Origin: Pseudomonadota bacterium
Lineage (GTDB): Bacteria > Pseudomonadota > Gammaproteobacteria > Steroidobacterales > Steroidobacteraceae
Direction of reading: 5' to 3'
Assembly: GCA_021815925.1 (NCBI GenBank)
Contig: JAKAZL010000004.1
Span: 8,753-72,752, forward strand
DNA length: 64,000 nt
Both the position numbers and the translations under genes were made by a program. Positions 12,419 to 22,216 of this stretch are shown here, piece after piece (position 1 is the stretch's first letter; every line of letters starts with the position of its first letter). The notes beneath the pieces are model-generated. The model ran no database searches. It was not told the DNA's origin and saw nothing but the letters and a program-made list of their open reading frames with translations.

Positions 12419-12853
12419 TCAGTGGCCCGGCGTGCGCCGGCGGGGACAGGCCTCGCGGCGGCAGTGCCCGTAAAGAATGAGGGAGTGGTCGCGGATATCG
12501 AAGTGCAGTCGGTGCGCCACCGCGTTCTGGCGCGCCTCGATGCTCTCGTCGACGAACTCTTCGACGTGGCCGCAGTCAAGACACACGATATGATCGTGGT
12601 GTTCCCCCTGATTCAGCTCGAAAACGGCCATGCCGTCCTCGAAGTGATGCCGCGTGACCAGGCCGGCGGCCTCGAACTGGGTGAGCACCCGGTAGACGGT
12701 CGCGAGCCCGATGTCCTCGTGCGACTCGAGCAGGGTCCGGTAGATGTCCTCGGCCGAGAGGTGACGCAGCTCGCTGCCCGCGAGGATCTCGAGGATCTTC
12801 AGGCGCGGCAGCGTCACTTTCAGGCCGGCTTTGCGCAGGTCCTTGCCTTCCAC
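12419..12853 (-). CDS. fur: ferric uptake regulator
   Basis: 144 aa. Motifs LKVTLPRLKILEIL, ATVYRVLTQFEAAG, HHDH and the CLDCG metal sites. Confidence 0.93.
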   Translation of the reverse strand: MEGKDLRKAGLKVTLPRLKILEILAGSELRHLSAEDIYRTLLESHEDIGLATVYRVLTQFEAAGLVTRHHFEDGMAVFELNQGEHHDHIVCLDCGHVEEFVDESIEARQNAVAHRLHFDIRDHSLILYGHCRREACPRRRTPGH

Positions 12854-12950
12854 GCGTCTCGAGCCTCCGGGTGTGGCCGCCGCGGACGATCAGGGCGGCC
12901 TTCGCACGATCAGGTATGATCCGCCCCCAATTATTGCCCATCGGACCGCC

Positions 12951-13340
12951 ATGCGACCAGCTCACTTGATTTCCACCCTGCGAGCGACTGCGATGCTCGC
13001 CGCGCTCTCGACACTGCTGGCCGGCTGTGTCTACCGGATGGACATTCAGCAGGGCAATTATCTCGACGGACGCACCGTGAGCGAGCTGAAGGTGGGCATG
13101 ACGCGCGTGCAGGTGCGCTACCTGCTCGGCACGCCCATGATCGCGGATGTCTTCGACACCAACCGCTGGGACTACGTCTATTATTTCAAGCGCGGCTACA
13201 TCGAGCGGCCGATCCAGAGCCGCGTGACGGTGTTCTTCCACGACGGCAAGGTCAGCCGCTTCGCGCTGTACAACGTGCCGAAGGGCCAGCCGATCGCCCC
13301 GGGCCTGCTGCCCTCGCCGAAGAAATTCCCGCTGCTGTAA
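12951..13340 (+). CDS. bamE: outer membrane protein assembly factor BamE (SmpA/OmlA lipoprotein)
   Basis: Lipobox LLAGC followed by YRMDIQQGNYL and GMTRVQVRYLLGTP. Divergent from fur, as in the pseudomonad omlA-fur arrangement. The start is set at ATG 12951. Confidence 0.85.
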   Translation: MRPAHLISTLRATAMLAALSTLLAGCVYRMDIQQGNYLDGRTVSELKVGMTRVQVRYLLGTPMIADVFDTNRWDYVYYFKRGYIERPIQSRVTVFFHDGKVSRFALYNVPKGQPIAPGLLPSPKKFPLL

Positions 13341-13341
13341 C

Positions 13342-13635
13342 TCAGCGACGCGCACCAGCGAGCCGCGCGCGCCGGCGCGTGCGGGGGTCGGCGCGCAGCG
13401 GCCGATACAGCTCGATCCGATCCCCGTCGGCAGGCACCGCAGCGCGACTGCGCAGCTCGCCGAAAATCCCCACCGGAGCATCGTCCCAGGGCACCTGCGC
13501 CTCGGGGGCGGCGCACCGCGCCGCCGCGATGATCGCCGCGATGTCCGCATCGGCGGGCACGTCCAGCTGCCAGAGAAACGACCGCTCGGCCCCGGCGTAG
13601 GCCACCGTGCACCGCTTCGGCGAGCCGGCGCTCAC
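13342..13635 (-). CDS. RnfH-family ubiquitin-like protein (RatB/YfjF position)
   Basis: About 97 aa from GTG 13635. That GTG forms a GTGA overlap with the stop of the upstream SRPBCC gene. The C-terminal DGDRIELYRPL motif is typical of RnfH. Synteny follows bamE-ratB-ratA-smpB. Confidence 0.7.
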   Translation of the reverse strand: MSAGSPKRCTVAYAGAERSFLWQLDVPADADIAAIIAAARCAAPEAQVPWDDAPVGIFGELRSRAAVPADGDRIELYRPLRADPRTRRRARLAGARR

Positions 13636-14081
13636 GGCCCGGTGAGCTCCGCGGGCGGCGGGAGCGTGCGGCTGCGGACCACGAAGGCATCGACCAGCGA
13701 GCCGACCGTCTCGGCGAAGATGCGCTCGAACAGCACGGCCGAGAGCGAGCTCTTGAACTGGAAACGCAGCGCGAGCTCGACCAGCGTGCCGGCGCCGGCC
13801 GGCGTGAGGCGCCATTCCCCCTCGAGCGCGCTGAACGGCCCGCTGACCAGCCGCATGTGCACGCGCCGGTCGGGCTCGAGCGCATTGCGCGTGGTGAACT
13901 CTCCGTTGAATGGCCCGCGCCGCACACCGATGGTGGCAACGATCTCGCTGTCACTGCGCGAGAGCACCCGCGCATGGCTGCACCAGGGCAGGAACTGCGG
14001 GTAGCTGTCGATGTCGTTGATCAGCGCGAACAGGCGATTCGGCGGCAGGCTGACGAGCGCCGAGCGCTTGACTTCTCGCAT
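13632..14081 (-). CDS. ratA: SRPBCC/START-fold protein, RatA (PasT/Coq10-like)
   Basis: [34 protein letters not shown] matches the RatA/YfjG family. It is divergent from smpB, as in enterobacteria. The start is set at ATG 14081. Confidence 0.75.
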   Translation of the reverse strand: MREVKRSALVSLPPNRLFALINDIDSYPQFLPWCSHARVLSRSDSEIVATIGVRRGPFNGEFTTRNALEPDRRVHMRLVSGPFSALEGEWRLTPAGAGTLVELALRFQFKSSLSAVLFERIFAETVGSLVDAFVVRSRTLPPPAELTGP

Positions 14082-14188
14082 GGGCGCCATTGTCCCAGGA
14101 ACGGCCGCGCAAGGACAGCGCGAGACCGCCCGATCCACCCCGCGCGGCGCGCGCTACAATGCGCGCCCCGACCGACCGGCTCGCCCCG

Positions 14189-14659
14189 ATGCCCCCCAAG
14201 GCCGACTCCTCGTCCCGACTGATCGCCGAGAACCGCAAGGCGCGCTTCGATTACTTCATCGAGCAGCGCTACGAGGCGGGACTCGTCCTGCAGGGCTGGG
14301 AGGTCAAGTCGCTGCGCGCCGGCCGCGCGCAGCTCGCCGAGGCGTACGTCTACCTGCGCGGCGCCGAGGCGTTCCTGATCGGCGCGCATCTGTCGCCGCT
14401 GCCCTCCGCCTCGAGCCACGTCATCGCCGACCCGGTACGCACCCGCAAGCTGCTGCTCAACCGCAGTGAGCTCAACGGTCTGATCGGGGCGGTCGAGCGG
14501 CGCGGCTACACCCTGGTGCCGCTCGAGCTGTACTGGAAGCACGGCCGCGCGAAGCTCGCCGTGGGCCTCGCCAAGGGCAAGAAGCAGCACGACAAGCGCG
14601 CCACTGAGAAGGACCGCGACTGGCAGCGCGACAAGGCCCGGCTGCTGCGCCGGGGGTGA
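14189..14659 (+). CDS. smpB: SsrA-binding protein SmpB
   Basis: Motifs [22 protein letters not shown] and [11 protein letters not shown]. It lies directly upstream of ssrA. The start is set at ATG 14189. Confidence 0.93.
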   Translation: MPPKADSSSRLIAENRKARFDYFIEQRYEAGLVLQGWEVKSLRAGRAQLAEAYVYLRGAEAFLIGAHLSPLPSASSHVIADPVRTRKLLLNRSELNGLIGAVERRGYTLVPLELYWKHGRAKLAVGLAKGKKQHDKRATEKDRDWQRDKARLLRRG

Positions 14660-14770
14660 GCCCGCCGCACAGGACGGGCCGCCCGGGCCGCCGGACGACG
14701 CCCCTTTCGCCCCGGAAAGCCGCGCAGGTGCGCGGCGGGCCGCCGTGGGGTATGCTGCAGCCTCTCTTCT

Positions 14771-15123
14771 GGGGGCGACCGGTTTCGACGTGGGTTGCGA
14801 ACCTTCAGAGGCGTACCGAGGCGCAGTGCCCTCGTAAATCTCGCTGCAAATCCATAGTTGCCAACGACGACAACTTCGCTCTCGCCGCCTAACCGCGGCT
14901 GACCTCCGACCGGTCCGTGCCTGTGCGGCTGACTCGGGGGACGCGTTCACAGGATCGCGATACGGCGTGCGACGGGCCGGATCGTTAAGAGTCACCGTCC
15001 GCTGGCGCTTCGTCTTCCCTGCCCCTCGGGTAGCGCGGCGCGAGAACTAAAGAGCGGGCTACGTACGTAGAGTCTGAAGTCTAGGACTTGCGGACGGGGG
15101 TTCGATTCCCCCCGCCTCCACCA
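14771..15123 (+). ncRNA. ssrA: transfer-messenger RNA (tmRNA, SsrA), tag ANDDNFALAA
   Basis: 5' GGGGGCGACCGGTTTCGACG pairs with the 3' ...GGGGGTTCGATTCCCCCCGCCTCCACCA. The acceptor stem carries a G3:U wobble. The tag ORF GCC AAC GAC GAC AAC TTC GCT CTC GCC GCC TAA occupies 14860-14892. Confidence 0.95.
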
Positions 15124-15387
15124 CTTGACCAGTGCGTCCGATCCCGGCCGAGCTGCCGGGACCGGATGTGCGCCGAACCCGCGCGCGCACCGAGGCGCCC
15201 GGCGCAACCCTCGCCAGTGTGATCAAACGCAGCGGCGCGCAACCATCAACATCGGGCGTGCGATGCCACCGGCGCGCGCGGCTGCGGATGTTTCTCCGGG
15301 GCGACAAAATGCGCTAAGCTTCCGCGCGATCAGCGTGTTAGATGGCATGCGCGATCTGTCGTCAGGTAGCGACAACAGGCCGGTGTT

Positions 15388-17010
15388 ATGCTGCGAGCCA
15401 TCCACACGGGCGCTGCGGCGTCGAGTTCGAGGCCCTGCGAGAAATTGGTGTCCATAAAGAGCCGTATCACTCTCAGCGCGTTCCTGCTGCTTGCGCCTTT
15501 TGCCTGCGCCTCCGGCCTCGCCGCTTCGCATCCCCTGCCCACGGCAGCGGCTCCCCGGCCGTTCAGCTTCGCCACCGTCGAGCGGCTGGCGGCGCTGCGC
15601 GCCGAGCGGGCCTACCAGAGCACCTCGGCGCCCCTGCCGCAGGCGCTGCGCCAGCTGAACTACGCGCAGTACCACCAGATCCGCTTCCGCCCGGAAGATG
15701 AACTCTGGCGGGGCCGCGCGATGTTCAACGTCGCCTTCTACCACCGCGGCTTCGCCTTCACGCGCCGGGTCCACATCTTCACGGTCGCCGCCGGCGCGGT
15801 CCGCGAGCTGCGCTACGCGTCCTCGATGTTTGAATTCCCGCGCCCCTTCGAGCGCCTGCGTCTGCCGCCGAGCACCGGCTTCGCCGGTCTTGCGGTGCGC
15901 TATCCGCTCGAAACCCCGCAGCACCACACCACCGTGCTCGCCTTCCTCGGCGCCTCGTACTTCCGTCTGCTCGGGCGCAACCAGGAGCCCGGCGTGACCG
16001 CGCGCGGACTGGCGATCAACACCGCCACGACCGGCGGTGAGGTGATCCCGTACTTCACCGATTTCTGGCTGGTCGAGCCAGCTCCCGCGGCCACGACCCT
16101 GACCATCTACGCGCTGCTCGACGGCCCGGACCTCACCGGTGCGTATCGCTTCGAGGTGCGCCCCGGGGCGATCACTCAGGTGACCGTGAGCGCGGTGCTC
16201 TACCCCCGCGGGCGCATCGACAAGCTCGGCATCGCCCCACTCACCTCGATGTACCTGTACGGGTTGAACTCGGCGCGGCGGCGCTTCGAGAACTGGCGAC
16301 CGCAGGTGCACGACAGCGACGGGCTGATGATGCACACCGGCAGCGGCGAGTGGCTGTGGCGTCCGCTGCAGAATCCGCCGCGCCTGCAGGTCAACCGCTA
16401 CATGGACGACAATCCGCGCGGCTTCGGACTCATTCAGCGTGACCGGCGCTTCGCCGACTACCAGGACCCCGACGCCCGCTACGAGCAGCGGCCGAGCCTG
16501 TGGGTCGAGCCGCTCGGCAACTGGGGCTCGGGCGGGGTGGAGCTTGTCGAGATCCCCAGCCGCGAGGACATCGACTACAACGTCGATGCCTACTGGGTAC
16601 CCAGCGCCCCGGTGCGCGGCGGCCAGCCGCTCGCCTTCTCCTACGTGCTGTCTGCCTACCTGCACTCCGGCGAGCGCTGGCCACCGGGGGGCAAGGCGGT
16701 GGCCACCCGCTTCGCGCCGCTGGTGCGCTCCGGACAGGCGGTGAGCGGCACGCGCCACGCATTGATCGACTTCGCCGGGGGAGATCTCGAGGGACTGCAG
16801 GCGAGCCAACCGGTACGGGCCGTGATCAATGCCGTCGGAGCACGCGTCCTGCAGGTGCGCACGCAACGGCTGCCCGAGAACGGACACTGGCGGGTGAGCT
16901 TCCTGGTGCAGCCGACCGGTACCCGGCCGGTGGACCTGCATTGCTACCTCGAGCTGTACGGCTCGGCGCTGACCGAGACATGGACGTATCAGTGGACCCC
17001 GGGATCGTGA
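15388..17010 (+). CDS. opgG: periplasmic glucan biosynthesis protein OpgG (MdoG)
   Basis: 540 aa. It has a Sec-type hydrophobic leader. MdoG-family blocks are present: YHQIRFRP, GASYFR, RGLAINT, FWL, HDSDGL, NPRGFGL and QRD.RF.DYQD. Confidence 0.9.
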   Translation: MLRAIHTGAAASSSRPCEKLVSIKSRITLSAFLLLAPFACASGLAASHPLPTAAAPRPFSFATVERLAALRAERAYQSTSAPLPQALRQLNYAQYHQIRFRPEDELWRGRAMFNVAFYHRGFAFTRRVHIFTVAAGAVRELRYASSMFEFPRPFERLRLPPSTGFAGLAVRYPLETPQHHTTVLAFLGASYFRLLGRNQEPGVTARGLAINTATTGGEVIPYFTDFWLVEPAPAATTLTIYALLDGPDLTGAYRFEVRPGAITQVTVSAVLYPRGRIDKLGIAPLTSMYLYGLNSARRRFENWRPQVHDSDGLMMHTGSGEWLWRPLQNPPRLQVNRYMDDNPRGFGLIQRDRRFADYQDPDARYEQRPSLWVEPLGNWGSGGVELVEIPSREDIDYNVDAYWVPSAPVRGGQPLAFSYVLSAYLHSGERWPPGGKAVATRFAPLVRSGQAVSGTRHALIDFAGGDLEGLQASQPVRAVINAVGARVLQVRTQRLPENGHWRVSFLVQPTGTRPVDLHCYLELYGSALTETWTYQWTPGS

Positions 17011-18971
17011 AGCCGCCGCCGGACTGGCTGGCGCACCTGGCGCGACGGCGCCGCTCGGTATTTTTCACGCTGACGCTGCTCACCGCGGCGGCGGCCACCA
17101 CCATGATGTGGGACATCCTCGCGGCCAACGGCCTGAACGTGCTCGACCGCGTGGGCCTCGCGGTGTTTTTCATCCTGTTCACCTGGATCGCCAGTTCCTT
17201 CTGGACGGCCGCGGCCGGCTGGGTGGTGCGGATGCGCGGCGCGGACAGCGCCCAGATCCACGAGCGCTGGCGCGCCGAGGCGCCGCTGCGCGGCCGCACG
17301 GCCGTGATCATGCCCATCTACAACGAGGACACCACACGCGTGGCGGCCGGACTGGAGGTGATCTGGTCCTCGCTCGCACGCCTGCCGGCGCAGGCCGCCT
17401 TCGACCTGTTCATCCTCTCCGACACGCGCAATCGCGAGATCGGCGCGGCCGAGGAGGCGGCCTGGCGCGACCTGGTGACCCGTCACGGCGCGCGCGGGCG
17501 CATCTTCTATCGCCGCCGGCCGGAGAACACCGCGCGCAAGGCCGGCAACATCGCCGATTTCATCAACAACTGGGGCGGCGCGTACGACTACGCCATCGTG
17601 CTGGACGCCGACAGCATCATGTCGGGCGAGACGATGCTCGAGCTGGCGCAGCTGATGGACGCCAACCCGCGCGCGGGCATCATCCAGGCGCTGCCGCTGC
17701 CGGCCGGCCGCGACACGCTGTTCGCGCGCCTGATCCAGTTCGCCGCGCGCCTGAGCAGCCCGATGCTCTCGAGCGGCCTGGCGTACTGGCAGCTCGGGGA
17801 AAGCAACTACTGGGGCCACAATGCGATCCTGCGCCTCGCGCCGTTTGCCGAGTTCTGCGCCCTGCCGCGCCTGCCGGGCTCTGCGCCGCTCGGCGGGGAG
17901 ATCCTCAGCCACGACTTCGTCGAGGCGGCCTTCATGCGCCGCGCCGGCTTCGAGGTCTGGCTGTTGCCGATCGAGCACGGCAGCTGGGAGGAGATTCCCT
18001 CCAACGTCATTGATTACGCCGCGCGCGACCGGCGCTGGGCGCAGGGCAACATCCAGCATCTGGGGCTGCTGCGGGCGCGCGGACTGCACTGGCTGTCGCG
18101 GGTGCACCTGGTGGGCGGGGTGCTCTCCTACCTGACCTCGCCGCTGTGGCTGCTGATGCTCGCGCTGAGCTCGACCGTGGTCATCCTGCAGGCGCTGCAT
18201 GGCCATCAGTATTTCCTGCCGGGCCAGCAGGGCATGTTTCCGCACTGGCCGCATTACCGCGACGGGGAGATCGCCGCGCTGCTGTCACTGACGGCCGTGG
18301 CGCTGTTCGGCCCCAAGACGCTCGCCGCGTGGCTCGCGATCCGCGACCCGGCGCTGCGCCAGCGATTCGGGGGCGCAGCGCGCATCGCGCTCAGCCTGCT
18401 GATCGAGCAGATCTTCAGCATCCTGCTCGCCCCGGCGATGATGCTCTTCCACACCGCCTTCGTGGTGAGCACGCTCGCCGGCAAGCCGGTCGTCTGGCAC
18501 GCGCAGGAGCGCGGCGATCGCGGCATCGGGCTCGCCGAGGCGCTGCGCCGGCACGCCGGACACGTGTTGATCGGGCTGACCTGGGGGGCGCTCATCCTGG
18601 AGTTCGCGCCGCGCTACATCGGCTGGCTGCTGCCGGTCATCGCCGGCATGGTGCTGTCGGTGCCGCTGACGATGCTCACCAGCCGGGTGGCACCCGGGCA
18701 GTGGCTGCGCCGGCACCGCCTGCTGCTGACCCCGGAGGAAAGCGATCCACCGGCCGAGCTCGCGGCGCTGCAGAACCGCCTGGCGCAGTCGCCGGCGGCC
18801 GCCCCGCGACCGCCCGACCCGCACGCCGACCCGGCGGCCGCACGCGAGCTGCTGCGTGACCTGGAGGACCGGGTCCCGCCGCACGCCCCGCTGCCGATGA
18901 GGCCGCAGGCGCTGCACTATGCGCTCAGCCTGCGCGATGCGCTGCAGCGACGCAAGCACACGATCTGGTGA
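16980..18971 (+). CDS. opgH: glucan biosynthesis glucosyltransferase OpgH (MdoH), GT2 family
   Basis: Motifs IMPIYNED, LDADS and RDRRWAQGN, with multiple TM segments. The start is taken at ATG 16980 (MDVSVDPG), which overlaps the opgG end by 31 nt. The upstream part of the 16500 ORF is the out-of-frame shadow of opgG. Confidence 0.9.
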   Translation: MDVSVDPGIVKPPPDWLAHLARRRRSVFFTLTLLTAAAATTMMWDILAANGLNVLDRVGLAVFFILFTWIASSFWTAAAGWVVRMRGADSAQIHERWRAEAPLRGRTAVIMPIYNEDTTRVAAGLEVIWSSLARLPAQAAFDLFILSDTRNREIGAAEEAAWRDLVTRHGARGRIFYRRRPENTARKAGNIADFINNWGGAYDYAIVLDADSIMSGETMLELAQLMDANPRAGIIQALPLPAGRDTLFARLIQFAARLSSPMLSSGLAYWQLGESNYWGHNAILRLAPFAEFCALPRLPGSAPLGGEILSHDFVEAAFMRRAGFEVWLLPIEHGSWEEIPSNVIDYAARDRRWAQGNIQHLGLLRARGLHWLSRVHLVGGVLSYLTSPLWLLMLALSSTVVILQALHGHQYFLPGQQGMFPHWPHYRDGEIAALLSLTAVALFGPKTLAAWLAIRDPALRQRFGGAARIALSLLIEQIFSILLAPAMMLFHTAFVVSTLAGKPVVWHAQERGDRGIGLAEALRRHAGHVLIGLTWGALILEFAPRYIGWLLPVIAGMVLSVPLTMLTSRVAPGQWLRRHRLLLTPEESDPPAELAALQNRLAQSPAAAPRPPDPHADPAAARELLRDLEDRVPPHAPLPMRPQALHYALSLRDALQRRKHTIW

Positions 18972-18990
18972 CTACGCGGAGGACACGTTG

Positions 18991-20601
18991 ATGCATCGAC
19001 GCGGATTTTTGCGCGGTGGCGCAGCAAGCCTCGCCGCTGTTGCCCCCTGGCCCCTGGAGTTCACCCGCAAGAAGCGTCCGCAGGGGCCGACCCTTGGAGT
19101 CACCCACTTCGGTGCTGCGCAACCGTTCTCCTTCGCCTCGCTGAAGGCGCTGGCGCGCTCGCTGTCACTGAGCGTCTACAGCGAGCCGATCGCGCCCCTT
19201 CCCCCGGCGATCGCCAAGCTCTCCTGGGACCAGTGGGAATCGATCACCTACCAGCCGCAGCGCACGCTGTGGTATGAGGATGACCTGTTCTTCCGCATCC
19301 GCTTCGATCACCTCGGCTTCACGATGACCCGCGCGGTGCGCATGTATGCGCTCGAGCAGGGACTCGCCCGGCAGATCCTGTTCGACCCGAAGCTGTTCGA
19401 TTACAGCCGCTCGGGGCTGAAACCGGCGGACATCCCGACGACGCTCGGCTTCTCCGGCTTCAACGTGCTCTTTCACACCAACTGGACGGACGACCGGGCG
19501 GTGTTCCAGGGCGCCTCGTACTTCCGGGCCGTCGACGGCACGGGACAGTACGGGATGTCCCAGCGCGGGCTGGCCATCAACACGGGCATGCCACAGCCGG
19601 AGGAGTTTCCGGACTTCGTCGCGTTCTATCTGGAGAAGCCGGCGCGCGAGTCGACACTGCTCACCGTCTACGCGCTGCTCGATTCCCCGAGCGTCGCCGG
19701 CGCCTACCGCTTCATCATCGACGTCGCCAGCACCCTGGTGATGGACGTGGATTTCACGCTCTACCCGCGGCGGCAGATCGCGCGGCTCGGCATCGCGCCG
19801 GGCACCAGCATGTACCTGGTCGGGCAGAACGACCACCGGGTCGCCGACGACTGGCGACCGCAGATCCACGATTCCGACGGCCTGCAGATGCACACCGGCG
19901 TCGGGGAGTGGATCTGGCGCCCGCTCACCAATCCGGGGACGCTGCGCGTGAACGCCTACCTGGACGACAATCCGCGCGGCTTCGGCCTGATGCAGCGCGA
20001 TCAGCGGTTCGCCGACTATCAGGACGATGGCGTCTGGTACAACCGCCGACCCAGCTGCTGGGTGGCCCCGAAGGGCGCCTGGGGCAAGGGGGCGGTCATG
20101 CTGGTGGAGATTCCGACCAACGACGAGACGATGGACAACATCGTGGCGTTCTGGAATCCCGCCGGGGAGGTCGTGCCCGGTCGCGATTACACCTACGGCT
20201 ATCGTCTCTACTGGTGCCAGGACAATCCCTTCAAGCCCCACCTGGCGCAGGTTGAGGCGACGCGCGACGGCATCGGCGGTATCGTCGGGCAGAAGCGCAC
20301 CGAGTTCTCCTGGCGCTTCGTGGTCGATTTCGTCGGCGGCGACCTGCCCATGCTCGCCGCCGGCGATCAGGTGCAGGCCGTGGTGAGCGCCTCACAGGGG
20401 CATGTGCAGCTCGTCTCCGCCCGGCCGCTTGTGCCGCTCAAGGGCTGGCGGGCGATGTTCGACCTGGTGCCGGGCGCAGCGCAGCAGCAGATCGATCTGC
20501 GGCTGTACCTGGCGCTGAACGGCCAGGCACTCACCGAGACCTGGATGTATCAGTACACCCCGCCCTCACCCGCCGCGCAGCGCCAGTACCTTGAAGGCTA
20601 A
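18991..20601 (+). CDS. opgD: glucan biosynthesis protein OpgD (MdoD), Tat-exported paralog of OpgG
   Basis: Twin-arginine leader MHRRGFLRGGAASLAAVA. It carries the same MdoG-family blocks as opgG (GASYFRAV, RGLAINTG, HDSDGLQMH, NPRGFGLMQRD). A GGAGGA RBS lies upstream of ATG 18991. Confidence 0.88.
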   Translation: MHRRGFLRGGAASLAAVAPWPLEFTRKKRPQGPTLGVTHFGAAQPFSFASLKALARSLSLSVYSEPIAPLPPAIAKLSWDQWESITYQPQRTLWYEDDLFFRIRFDHLGFTMTRAVRMYALEQGLARQILFDPKLFDYSRSGLKPADIPTTLGFSGFNVLFHTNWTDDRAVFQGASYFRAVDGTGQYGMSQRGLAINTGMPQPEEFPDFVAFYLEKPARESTLLTVYALLDSPSVAGAYRFIIDVASTLVMDVDFTLYPRRQIARLGIAPGTSMYLVGQNDHRVADDWRPQIHDSDGLQMHTGVGEWIWRPLTNPGTLRVNAYLDDNPRGFGLMQRDQRFADYQDDGVWYNRRPSCWVAPKGAWGKGAVMLVEIPTNDETMDNIVAFWNPAGEVVPGRDYTYGYRLYWCQDNPFKPHLAQVEATRDGIGGIVGQKRTEFSWRFVVDFVGGDLPMLAAGDQVQAVVSASQGHVQLVSARPLVPLKGWRAMFDLVPGAAQQQIDLRLYLALNGQALTETWMYQYTPPSPAAQRQYLEG

Positions 20602-20666
20602 GCGACGCGAGCGGCCACTGCGGCCTGGCGAGGCACGCCTCACCCGGCTCGGCGGGCGGACGGCAC

Positions 20667-21587
20667 ATGAGTAGCGAGCCCCTGGCCGCCGGCGACGTCT
20701 GGTCGCAATGGCTGCTGCACCGCCGCCACGCCGGCGATCCGCACTACGAGCAGGCCATGCGCGCGCTCGTCGATCGCTACATCGAGCGGGTGCTCGAGGG
20801 GGCGCAGCTCACCGCCGGCCAGAGCATCGCGGACGTCGGCACGGGCGAGGGGCTGCTCGCCCTGCGGGCCATCGAGCGCGCGGGCGGTGCGCTGCGGGTG
20901 TGGCTCACGGACATCTCAGCGCCGCTGCTCGAGCACGCGCGGGAGCAGGCGCTCGCGCGCGGGGTGGCCGACCGGTGCGCGTTCCTGCAGGCCCCCGCCG
21001 ATCGGCTGGACGGCATCGCCGATGCATCGCTCGATGCGGTCTGCACCCGTTCGGTGCTCGCATACGTGCCCGACAAGGTGGCGGCGCTGCGCGAGTTTCA
21101 CCGGGTGCTCAAGCCCGGGGGGCGCATCTCCCTCGCCGAGCCGGTGTTCCTCGATGAAGCCGTGGCCGCGCAGGCGATCCGCACCGTGATCGAGACCACC
21201 GCGCCTGCGGCACTGAATCCCATGATGCGTCTGCTGCACCGCTGGAAGGCGGCGCAGTATCCGGACACGGAGGAGAAGATCCGCGCCAGCGCGATCGCCA
21301 GCTATTCCGAGCGCGACCTGCCGCGCTTTGCGCAGGCGGCCGGTTTCGCCGATGTGCATCTGGAGCTGCACATCGACACCTACCCCTCGATCATGCGCTC
21401 CTGGGAGGTGTTCCTCGAGAGCGCTCCGCATCCGCTCGCCCCGCCGCTGAGCCGCATCATGGCCGAGCAGTTCAGCGTCGAGGAGCGCGAGCTGTTCGAG
21501 CGCACCATGCGCCCGGTCATCGAGGATCCCGGCGCGGTGAGCACCGAGCGCATGGCCTACCTGACTGCACGCCGGGCGCTCGCGTAA
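20667..21587 (+). CDS. class I SAM-dependent methyltransferase
   Basis: Motif I is IADVGTGEGLL. The post-I acidic residue and LKPGGRISLAEP (motif III region) are also present. Confidence 0.75.
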   Translation: MSSEPLAAGDVWSQWLLHRRHAGDPHYEQAMRALVDRYIERVLEGAQLTAGQSIADVGTGEGLLALRAIERAGGALRVWLTDISAPLLEHAREQALARGVADRCAFLQAPADRLDGIADASLDAVCTRSVLAYVPDKVAALREFHRVLKPGGRISLAEPVFLDEAVAAQAIRTVIETTAPAALNPMMRLLHRWKAAQYPDTEEKIRASAIASYSERDLPRFAQAAGFADVHLELHIDTYPSIMRSWEVFLESAPHPLAPPLSRIMAEQFSVEERELFERTMRPVIEDPGAVSTERMAYLTARRALA

Positions 21588-21601
21588 CCCCTTACGGCCC
21601 C

Positions 21602-22207
21602 ATGGCGCCGAGCAAACCCTCCTCCGAGGCCTGCGTGCGCAATCGCGATCCGATCCTCGCGGTGCTGCGGCGGCATTTTGCGGACCGGCGTCAGGTGCTC
21701 GAGGTCGGCAGCGGCACCGGACAGCACGCGGTGCACTTCGCCGCCGCGCTACCCGGGCTCACCTGGCAGACCTCCGAGCGGGCAGAGAACCTGCCCGGCA
21801 TCCGTCAATGGATCGAGGAGTCCGGGCTCACGAACCTGCCGCCGCCGCTCACGCTCGATGTGACCGGCCGCTGGCCGCCCGCCCGGTACGATGCGCTGTT
21901 CACGGCCAATACGCTGCACATCATGGGCTGGCCGAGCGTGTGTGCGCTGTTCGCGGCGCTGCCCGGCGTGCTGAGCGCGGACGCCGTGCTCGCCGTGTAC
22001 GGCCCGTTCAACTACGACGGGGCGTTCACGAGCGCGAGCAACGAGACGTTCGACGCCTGGCTGAAGCAGCGCTCGCCCGAGAGTGGCATCCGCGAATTCA
22101 GCGCCGTCGATGCGCTGGCGCGCCAGAGCGGGTTCGCCCTGCTCGAGGACTGCCCGATGCCCGCGAACAACCGCACGCTCATCTGGCGGCGCGCACCGCG
22201 CCCCTGA
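21602..22207 (+). CDS. DUF938-family (methyltransferase-fold) protein
   Basis: RNRDPIL..L, LEVGSGTGQH, ANTLHIM and GPF.YDG resemble the DUF938 family as I recall it. Confidence 0.6.
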   Translation: MAPSKPSSEACVRNRDPILAVLRRHFADRRQVLEVGSGTGQHAVHFAAALPGLTWQTSERAENLPGIRQWIEESGLTNLPPPLTLDVTGRWPPARYDALFTANTLHIMGWPSVCALFAALPGVLSADAVLAVYGPFNYDGAFTSASNETFDAWLKQRSPESGIREFSAVDALARQSGFALLEDCPMPANNRTLIWRRAPRP

Positions 22208-22216
22208 GCGGACTGC

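Noticed and set aside
12854-12950. Fur box in the fur/bamE divergent region (AATTATTGCCCAT)
   Set aside because: It gives only a weak half-match to the GATAATGATAATCATTATC consensus, which is not enough to support a call.
15124-15387. Genomic island integrated at the tmRNA 3' end
   Set aside because: I saw no second copy of the tmRNA 3' terminus downstream, no integrase and no composition change. The next genes (opgGHD) look native.
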